From Schmidtea polychroa (lineage: Eukaryota): a stretch of DNA of 64,000 nucleotides. The position numbers were made by a program, and so were the translations under genes. Shown here one piece after another: positions 40,436-51,040 of the stretch (the first letter of the stretch is position 1; every line of letters starts with the position of its first letter). Where the stretch lies: contig CM097886.1 in the NCBI GenBank assembly GCA_044892525.1, positions 103,912,001-103,976,000 of the forward strand, read 5' to 3'. A model generated the notes under the pieces. The model worked only from the letters and a program-made list of their open reading frames with translations. It was not told where the DNA came from and searched no databases.

Positions 40436-41510
40436 GACTATAGTGAGGGGGTCTCGATGGTCCTGGGATTTTCAATACAAAAAAATTTTTTCTATACAAA
40501 AACGATGGTCCTGGGATTTTCAATACAAAAAAATTTTTTCAATACAAAAACGATGGTCCTGGAATTTTCAATACAAAAAAATTTTTTCTATACAAAAACG
40601 ATGGTCCTGGGATTTTCAATACAAATAAAATTTTTTCTATACAAAAATCCGACTACCACTAAAAAAGCATGGAATTTTCAATACAAAAAAATTTTTTCAA
40701 TACAAAAACGATGGTCCTGGGATTTTCAATACAAATAAAATTGTTTCAATACAAAAATCCGACTACCACTAAAAAAGCATGGAATTTTCACACTATAGTG
40801 AGGGGGGTCTCGATGGTCCTGGGATTTTCAATACAAATAAAATTTTTTCAATACAAAAATCCGACTACCACTAAAAAAGCATGGAATTTTCACACTATAG
40901 TGAGGGGGGTCTCGATGGTCCTGGGATTTTCAATACAAAAAATTTTTTTCTATACAAAAATCCGACTACCACTAAAAAAGCATGGAATTTTCACACTATA
41001 GTGAGGGGGTCTCGATGGTCCTGGGATTTTCAATACAAAAAATTTTTTTCTATACAAAAATCCTACTATCAATAAAAAAGCCAAGGATTTATCACACTAT
41101 AGTGAGGTGAGTCTCCTTGGTCCTGAGAAATAGGTGGTCTACACTAAAAAAGCATGGTAATTTAAGGTCTCAGGATATTTTCAATACAAAAAGCTGGTCT
41201 ACACTAAAAAAGCCAAGGATTTTTCAGACTATAGTGAGGGGGTCTCGATGGTCCTGGGATTTTCAATACAAATAAAATTTTTTCAATACAAAAACGATGG
41301 TCCTGGGATTTTCAATACAAATAAAATTTTTTCAATACAAAAATCCGACTACCACTAAAAAAGCCAAGGATTTTTCACACTATAGTGAGGTGAGTCTCCT
41401 TGGTCCTGAGAAATAGGTGGTCTACACTAAAAAAGCCAAGGATTTTTCAGACTATAGTGAGGTGAGTCTCCTTGGTCCTGAGAAAAAGGTGGTCTACACT
41501 AAAAAACGTG
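40436..41510 (+). repeat. Subterminal composite array (43-bp and ~101-bp units; mirrored at 53860-54730)
   Basis: Recurring CTATAGTGAGG, GATGGTCCTGGGATTTTCAATACAAA, TCCGACTACCACTAAAAAAG and GTGAGTCTCCTTGGTCCTGAG words. Confidence 0.95.
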
Positions 41511-42480
41511 GTAAATTATTCAATTAAAGTAAATAATGGTCCAAATTTTTAAATTAAAGTAAATAATGGTTCTAAAAAATTAAATTACAGTAAATAATGG
41601 CTCAAAAAATTTAAATTAAAGTAAATTATGGTTCTAAAAAATTAAATTACAGTAAATAATGGCTCAAAAATTTAAATTAAAGTAAATTATGGTCCAAATT
41701 TTTCAATTAAAGTAAATAATGGTCCTAAAAAATTAAAGTAAATAATGGTCCAAATTTTTGAATTAAAGTAAATTATGGTCCTAAAATTAAATTAAAGTAA
41801 ATTAAGGTTCTAAAAACTTAAATTACAGTAAATTATGGTTCTTAAAAATTTAATTACAGTAAATAATGGTCCAAATTTTTGAATTAAAGTAAATTATGGT
41901 TCAAATTTTTAAATTAAAGTAATGAATGGGCTCAAATAACTAAAGTAAGGTTCTAAAAAATTAAATTAAAGTAAATTAAGGTTCAAATTTTTCAATTAAA
42001 GTAAATTATGGTCCAAATTTTTGAATTACAGTAAATAATGGTCCAAATTTTTGAATTACAGTAAATAATGGTTCTAAAAATTGAATTACAGTAAATTATG
42101 GTTCTAAAAAATTAAATTACAGTAAATTATGGTTCTTAAAAATTAAATTACAGTAAATAATGGTCCAAATTTTTCAATTACAGTTAATTATGGTTCTAAA
42201 AAATTAAATTAAAGTAAATTAAGGTTCAAATTTTTCAATTAAAGTAAATAATGGTCCAAATTTTTTAATTAAAGTAAATTATGGTTCAAATTTTTAAATT
42301 AAAGTAATGAATGGGCTCAAATAACTAAATTAAGGTTCTAAAAAATTAAATTAAAGTTAATTAAGGTCCAAATTTTAAAATTAAGTAATCAATGGTCAAA
42401 AATTTTAAATTAAAGTTAAATAAGTAAATTAAAGTAATAATTTTTAAATAAGTAATGTAATAAGTAAATTAAAGTAAGAT
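41510..42480 (+). repeat. ~30-bp AT-rich minisatellite (AATTA(A/C)AGTAAAT(A/T)ATGGT..AAA; mirrored 52890-53860)
   Basis: Direct observation of ~30 degenerate units. Confidence 0.9.
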
Positions 42481-42729
42481 TTTAAAATTTATTAACAAAA
42501 AGTTGAAATAATAGAAGGTGTTTGAGAATTGAAATTTTTTAATGAAAATTTTTATGAAATAATTTTTTAAGTAATTTTTAATAGAAATTTTTATGGAATA
42601 ATTTTTTAAGTTAATTTTTAATGGAAATTTTTATGAAATATTTTTCAATGATAATTTTAGATGGAAATTTTTAAGATAATTTTTAATGAAAATTTCTATG
42701 AAATATTTTTCAAAGACAAATTTTAATAA

Positions 42730-43810
42730 TAATTCAACAACAAACCAACAACTTAGTACCAACAACCAGTAACTTATGAACATGTATTAACAATCAGATA
42801 CCTACAACTAGTTACTAACAACCTGCTACCAAGTACTTACAATCAGTTACCTGCTACCAAATACTTTCAACATGATACCACGTACTAAATAACTCTCAAA
42901 CAACCAGATACTTACAACCAATTACCAGATACCAAGTACCTACAACTAGTTACTAACAACTAGTTACCTGATACTAAGTACCTACAACCATCTAACAAGT
43001 ACTAACAACCAAAAACAAGCAACCAACTAGGTACCAAGTACTAACAACCGACAACAACCAGCTAACAACTAACTACAACCTACCAAGTACCTACAACCAC
43101 ATACTAACAACTAGTTACCAGATAGCAACTACTCACAGACGTCAACAACCAGGTACTAAGCATTATTAACCAACTACTAAGTACCAACAACAACTAACTA
43201 CCAACTACTAAGTACCTACAACCACCTACCTATTAACTAGCTACAACCACCTACCAACTAGCTACCACCTACCCATTAACTAGTTACAACCAGCTAACTA
43301 GGTACTAGATACCAAGTACTAACAACCAGTTACCTGCTACTAAGTACCAACAACCACCTACCAAGTACATACAACCAACATCAACCAGGTACTAAGCATT
43401 AATTACCAACTACTAAGTACCTACAATCACCTACCCATTAACTAGTTACTAAGTACTATCAACCAACTAGGTACTAGATACCAAGTACTAACAACCAACA
43501 ACAACCAGGTACTAATCATTAATTACCAATTACTAAGTACCTACAACCATCTACCAAGTACATACAACCAAGTACTAAGCATTATTAACCAACTACTAAG
43601 TACCAACAACCGACTAGCTACCAACTAGGTACCAAGTACTAACAACCGACAACAACCAGCTAACAACTAACTACAACCTACCAAGTACCTACAACTAGAT
43701 ACTAACAACTAGTTACCAGATACCTACTACTCACAGCCGTCAACAACCAGGTACTAAGCATCATCAACCAAGTAATAACAACTAGATACCTAGTACTTAC
43801 AACCAGATGA
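42730..43810 (+). repeat. Strand-skewed AAC/TAC-rich degenerate array (mirrored 51560-52635)
   Basis: Words TACCAAGTACTAACAACC, CTACAACC and AACTAG; plus strand is G-poor. Confidence 0.9.
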
Positions 43811-44326
43811 CCACATGAAATTATTGGTTAAATAAGTAAATTAATGTCTAATTTTTAAATTAAGTAATCAATGGTCTAAAATATTAAAGTTAAAGTTAAT
43901 TTAAGATGAAGATTTTCTGGGATTTCCAATGTTAATTTTAGTAGCAAATCTTCGTCAATTAATCAATGACCACATGAAATTATTAGTTAAATATGAAAAT
44001 AAGGGTTATAATTAGTTGTTTAGTAAATTATGGTGTAAAATTAAGAAATAAAGAATAATTAGGTAAATTAACGATAAATTAAGGAAAATTAAGGTTCAAA
44101 ATTTAAAATTAAGTAACCAATGGTTCAAATTTTAAATTAAAGCTAAATAAGTAAATTAAAGTAAGATTTTTAAATTTATTATCAAAAGATTGAATAACCA
44201 CCAACTTTTTTGAGAAATGTAATTTTTAATGAAAATTTAAATGGAAATTTTTTTTAAGTTAATTTTAAATGTAAAATTTTTTAAGTTAATTTTAATGAAA
44301 TAATTTTTTAAGTTAATTTTTTAATG

Positions 44327-44327
<1 letters not shown>

Positions 44328-44393
<66 letters not shown>
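44328..44393. repeat. (AAT)22 microsatellite (mirror (ATT)22 at 50974-51039)
   Basis: 66 bp in both arms. Confidence 0.95.
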
Positions 44394-47300
44394 TCAACAG
44401 TTCCCAACAATCGGTTACTAAATATTTTTAACTAGATGCTAACAAATACTTTGAACATGATACCACGTACTAACTAACTCTCAAACAACCAGATACCTAC
44501 AACTAGTTACTAACAACCAACTAAGTATTCTTTATTGTATTTTATGAAATGTTTTTAAATTAATTTTTTATCTGTCTTTAAAAATATGTTTAATTACAAT
44601 CAATAGAAAACCTTTTCAAAATGTCTAAATTTAACAAACATGTTGACTTTCATCAAAAAACCACAACTCAATCACTTTAAAACACCACGTGAAATTCAAA
44701 ATAATTTAAATTACAATGAAATACTAATGAATTCTAATTTACAAAAACATCTTCTTTTAAATGATAACTTATTATTGCATCGTAAAATCACATTCAATAA
44801 ATACTTATTGTTGATCAGTTTTATTATATATACTCTGAGTTTATCCGACAGGATGTTTTGACCCCCTAAGGGTACAGGTCGTAAGGGTACTGGTCGTAAG
44901 GGTATTAGTCGTAAAGGTTCTAGTCGTAAGGATATTGCTAACTCTCAACCCCCACCTACCCATTAACTAGCTACTAAGTACTAACAACCAGTTACCTGAT
45001 ACCAAGTACATACAACCAACATCAACCTGTTACTAAGCATTATCAACCTACAACTATATAACAACAATCAGTAAACAACACTCTACCAACTATTAAATAC
45101 AAGATACCAACAACTAGATACCAACAATCAACTAACCACACATAAAAATAATAGCAATTAAATACAAAATATTCTTCATCACATACACTATCTTCTTATC
45201 AAAATCTAAAAAGTCAATCAGATACCAACTACCAACTACCAAGTACTAACAACCAACTACCTACAACCAACAACTATGTACTAACAAATTGATCTTTAAA
45301 AGAAAAATACTCATCACTTGAAAAATTAGATGGAAAATTAATTGAACTCAAGACATCAATAACTTGGTAAAAATTGATTAAATAATTGCAAAAATTTAAA
45401 TTTACTCAAAATAAATATCATAAAAATTTAATTAATAGACAAGAAAGAATTCTATTCATTAATCATCCAGTAAATAAAAAAATACTGATCATTCAAGTTG
45501 AATCAACTAAGATAATAAATTAATAAGATAAGATTTAGTAGATAATTGATTTAGATTGAATAAATTAATTGAAATAAAATTAATTTTAATTATTTTTTTT
45601 AAAAATAATACATGTACTGAAATTGATTGACTGAATGCTCAAAATATTCAAAAATCAGTATAAATTCATTAAAATTATCAATGTCATCAATCTACAATAA
45701 AAATAATTATCATTAAATTCCAAAAGAGACTAGAAAACTAACAAACCAGAAAATTCATTCAAATGACAATAATTGGTATATTCAAGCGAATTCTCTAATA
45801 AAATCATCTAAAAAGAATCATTTCGCCTGAAATATCTCTATTTTTAAAGATTAGTATCTTATCGATAAGTACTTGTTAAATATAATATATTCACCTCAAA
45901 CTAACAAGATTCCTTAAAATCCCTTAAATGACTATATTTCTACCCTTAATCAATATTATTACAAATAATTCAATAAAATCATCTAAAAAGCATCAAATTT
46001 CCCAAAAATAACTCTATCTTTAAAGATTAGTATTTTATCGATAAATATCCTTAAAAGGTTATATATTTACCTCAGACTAATAAGATTCCTTAAAATCCCC
46101 TTTAAATGACTATAATTCTAACTTTAATTCGTATTATCACAAATATTTCCCTATAAAACAGGTAAAATCATTAACTCTAAATAATTTATAAAATCTAATG
46201 ATAAAACCGGTTATAATTAAATTTTTGTTAATCACTGTACTCGAAATTTAAAATAAATATTGCTTGAAATTTGACTGTACAATATAACTGAGTAGTTGCA
46301 TAGAAAGATTAAATTTATCCATATTTCTTCAAATGATCATTTTTACCGATATCCAACCGATTTAATTACTAATTAAAATCAAGATTTCTCCCAATAAAGA
46401 TCAATTTTCTTTAGTCGACGTTTTAAATCAATATTTCCAACTTTTGTCGTTGTCCGTCTAAATAAAGATAAAAAATAATTTAAAGTTGATATCAATCCCA
46501 ATTATCTGTAAAGTTTTCATTGTCAAAACCAAGTAAATAGATTATCCCTACTTAATAAAACATTGTTCTAAAACATAAATCTAAATTAATTTACTGTGCA
46601 TTAATCACAACCTAATAAAACAATATAATTATTATTGATTCATAACTAATGTATTGCAATTTCCCTTAAAACATTGATATTTTGCCAACATCACCATTAA
46701 AAAAATCATATATTCCCATCTTAACCCATCCTTAATTAAATTTAACCAACTATATCCCCTCAAAAGATCATATTTTCCCACCTTATTCGATCCCTCATTA
46801 AATCTAACCGACAATATCCCATCTTAACCGATCTCTCACCAAATATTTCTACCCTTTTAAACATCTAACCAAATATATCCTTCAATTCTACCCACTTGAA
46901 TCCTCCTTTAATTCAATTCAGTCTTAAAATCCTTAGAGAGAATTCTTCAAAAAATATGACTTTTAATTAACTGTTAAAGACACCAGACATTCTTCTAATG
47001 AAATAATTTAGTAGCTAAATAATAAGAGCCACTAAAAGGTCAAAATTCACTAAAATTTTCTACAAATATTCACCATCAAATACCTAACTGGAGATGATAC
47101 ATATATTAATTGATGATAATTCTTCAGCTATTCAACCAATCATTTTCAAGCAGTAACAGCAAACTAAATTTCTGTATATCCTACAATAATTATCAAGTAA
47201 ATTTAAAGTCCTTGATAAGGTTAACTGTTTCTTAGCTTATGTTTTTTAAAGTTCATCAAAGTGTAAATATTCTTAGAAAAATATTGAAAAATTATTTATT

Positions 47301-47966
47301 CAAATACATTACAAAGTTATCATCAAAAATCACTTAATTATTAACCTAATTGTCAATGAAATTAATTTTTATTTAAAAACTATTCAATAAAATACAACTA
47401 ATTATCAAGAAATTAATTAAATTTATCAATTAAATTTATCAGTCAACATGAAATTCTTAGAAAATTATTCAATATCCTCATAAAAATTTATCCACTTGAT
47501 TATTGTAAAAACTCTAATTATTAACATTGAAAATAAATTTTATTTAAAATTAAAAAACCAATCAATAAAAATACATTCAATTATCAAGAAATTAATTAAA
47601 TTTACCTTAGAATTAGCATTAAATTACAGAAATTCACAAAAATAATGGAAATTCACAAAAATGATAAAAATTCACAAAAATAATAGAAATTCATGAAAAT
47701 GATAGATTACGGAAATTCATGAAAATATTAGAAATTCACAAAAAATGATGGAAATTCATGAAAATGATAGAAATTCATAAAAATGATAGAAATTTACTTG
47801 AATAAAACCATCAACTCTAAAAATTATCAATGCCTTAAACAACAAATTTGTCTAAATAATCATTCAAATAAAAGCATTAAATACCTTTACGACTAATACA
47901 CTTACGACATGTTGAATGTGAGTAGTACCCTTGTGAGCAATACCCATAGGGGGACAGAATATTTTT

Positions 47967-47989
47967 TCGGATAAACTCAGAGTATATAT
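47967..47989 (+). promoter_or_regulatory. Conserved 23-nt motif TCGGATAAACTCAGAGTATATAT (also 50519-50541 + and 44826-44848 -)
   Basis: Exact identity between core and arm copies while flanks are diverged; preceded in each case by TTACGAC repeats and AGGGGG. Function is inferred. Confidence 0.45.
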
Positions 47990-48881
47990 TAATTAACTCA
48001 TTCAAATTTATCATTGAATCAGTAAATTATCATAAATTTCGATAAAAATTCTAATGTGGTAAGCAATGAAAAGAGAAATATTCTTTAAACTTAGATAAAA
48101 CTAACAATGAAGGTGGTAAGAATCATTAAAGTGAGAAAATTATTCATTACTCGATGATAAATTCAAATGGATGAAAATAATTGGTAGAATAATTTATTAA
48201 TGGGCATAGATAAGAAAAAAGGTTGATAAGAATGGAAATATATTAATTGAATTTATTTAAAATTATTTCATAAAATTCATAAAAAAAAAACTTTTAAAAG
48301 AAATATTTGTGGAGATGTTTTAGGTGAAAATTAATCAAAATCGGCGGAATATAATTGATTAAATATCGAGGATGGGGGTTATAATTAATGGAAAATCAAT
48401 GGGATACAAATGATTAAATAGTGGAAAATCCGGGAATATAAGTGATTAATTAATGGAATATTGAGAATCGGAGGAATATCAATGAGAAGGATATATAATT
48501 TAAACTAGTTTATTACATAACAAGCCGCGACTAGTTTATTACATAACAAGCCGTGAATGGTATTTTACCAACATTTTTAAAGTATGTTATTTAATTTTAA
48601 TTTTATTTTTAAATTGTACATATTTTGAATATCATTCTATTGTTTAATTTCGATAATAAGTATAAAAAGTCTATAATGATTAATAAATTAATATCTTGTT
48701 AACATTTACCAGAGAATTTAAAAAACTTTACTTAAAATTTAGTGAAGTATTTAATTTTGATTGTACTTTATAAGACATATATTTGAGTATTAACTTATTT
48801 TGATTGAAGTATCACATTCAATATTATGATGATTTTTGGTTGAATAGCTGAAGAATTATCATCAATTAATATATGTATCAT

Positions 48882-50973
48882 CTTTAAATTATTTTTTATC
48901 TTTATTTAGACGGACAACGACAAAAGTTGGAAATATTGATTTAAAACGTCGACTAAAGAAAATTGATCTTTATTGGGAGAAATCTTGATTTTAATTAGTA
49001 ATTAAATCGGTTGGATATCGGTAAAAATGATCATTTGAAGAAATATGGATAAATTTAATCTTTCTATGCAACTACTCAGTTATATTGTACAGTCAAATTT
49101 CAAGCAATATTTATTTTAAATTTCGAGTACAGTGATTAACAAAAATTTAATTATAACCGGTTTTATCATTAGATTTTATAAATTATTTAGAGTTAATGAT
49201 TTTACCTGTTTTATAGGGAAATATTTGTGATAATACGAATTAAAGTTAGAATTATAGTCATTTAAAGGGGATTTTAAGGAATCTTATTAGTCTGAGGTAA
49301 ATATATAACCTTTTAAGGATATTTATCGATAAAATACTAATCTTTAAAGATAGAGTTATTTTTGGGAAATTTGATGCTTTTTAGATGATTTTATTGAATT
49401 ATTTGTAATAATATTGATTAAGGGTAGAAATATAGTCATTTAAGGGATTTTAAGGAATCTTGTTAGTTTGAGGTGAATATATTATATTTAACAAGTACTT
49501 ATCGATAAGATACTAATCTTTAAAAATAGAGATATTTCAGGCGAAATGATTCTTTTTAGATGATTTTATTAGAGAATTCGCTTGAATATACCAATTATTG
49601 TCATTTGAATGAATTTTCTGGTTTGTTAGTTTTCTAGTCTCTTTTGGAATTTAATGATAATTATTTTTATTGTAGATTGATGACATTGATAATTTTAATG
49701 AATTTATACTGATTTTTGAATATTTTGAGCATTCAGTCAATCAATTTCAGTACATGTATTATTTTTAAAAAAAATAATTAAAATTAATTTTATTTCAATT
49801 AATTTATTCAATCTAAATCAATTATCTACTAAATCTTATCTTATTAATTTATTATCTTAGTTGATTCAACTTGAATGATCAGTATTTTTTTATTTACTGG
49901 ATGATTAATGAATAGAATTCTTTCTTGTCTATTAATTAAATTTTTATGATATTTATTTTGAGTAAATTTAAATTTTTGCAATTATTTAATCAATTTTTAC
50001 CAAGTTATTGATGTCTTGAGTTCAATTAATTTTCCATCTAATTTTTCAAGTGATGAGTATTTTTCTTTTAAAGATCAATTTGTTAGTACATAGTTGTTGG
50101 TTGTAGGTAGTTGGTTGTTAGTACTTGGTAGTTGGTAGTTGGTATCTGATTGACTTTTTAGATTTTGATAAGAAGATAGTGTATGTGATGAAGAATATTT
50201 TGTATTTAATTGCTATTATTTTTATGTGTGGTTAGTTGATTGTTGGTATCTAGTTGTTGGTATCTTGTATTTAATAGTTGGTAGAGTGTTGTTTACTGAT
50301 TGTTGTTATATAGTTGTAGGTTGATAATGCTTAGTAACAGGTTGATGTTGGTTGTATGTACTTGGTATCAGGTAACTGGTTGTTAGTACTTAGTAGCTAG
50401 TTAATGGGTAGGTGGGGGTTGAGAGTTAGCAATATCCTTACGACTAGTACCTTTACGACTAATACCCTTACGACCAGTACCCTTACGACCTGTACCCTTA
50501 GGGGGTCAAAACATCCTGTCGGATAAACTCAGAGTATATATAATAAAACTGATCAACAATAAGTATTTATTGAATGTGATTTTACGATGCAATAATAAGT
50601 TATCATTTAAAAGAAGATGTTTTTGTAAATTAGAATTCATTAGTATTTCATTGTAATTTAAATTATTTTGAATTTCACGTGGTGTTTTAAAGTGATTGAG
50701 TTGTGGTTTTTTGATGAAAGTCAACATGTTTGTTAAATTTAGACATTTTGAAAAGGTTTTCTATTGATTGTAATTAAACATATTTTTAAAGACAGATAAA
50801 AAATTAATTTAAAAACATTTCATAAAATACAATAAAGAATACTTAGTTGGTTGTTAGTAACTAGTTGTAGGTATCTGGTTGTTTGAGAGTTAGTTAGTAC
50901 GTGGTATCATGTTCAAAGTATTTGTTAGCATCTAGTTAAAAATATTTAGTAACCGATTGTTGGGAACTGTTGA

Positions 50974-51040
<67 letters not shown>

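Larger units (their letters stand above)
40335..46485 (+). repeat. Left inverted arm (6,151 bp)
   Basis: Reverse complement of 48882-54836; paired coordinates sum to 95367-95368 from ~41500 to 46485 (about one indel and a few substitutions seen). Confidence 0.95.

Noticed and set aside
40227-41075. ORFs such as MVLGFSIQKNFF / MRGSRWSWDFQYK (and mirrors 54293-54839)
   Set aside because: Translations of tandem repeats, open in several frames, with no protein-like features.
40436-41510. CRISPR-like appearance of the repeat array
   Set aside because: No unique spacers; the intervening sequence is itself repeated; eukaryotic context with no cas genes.
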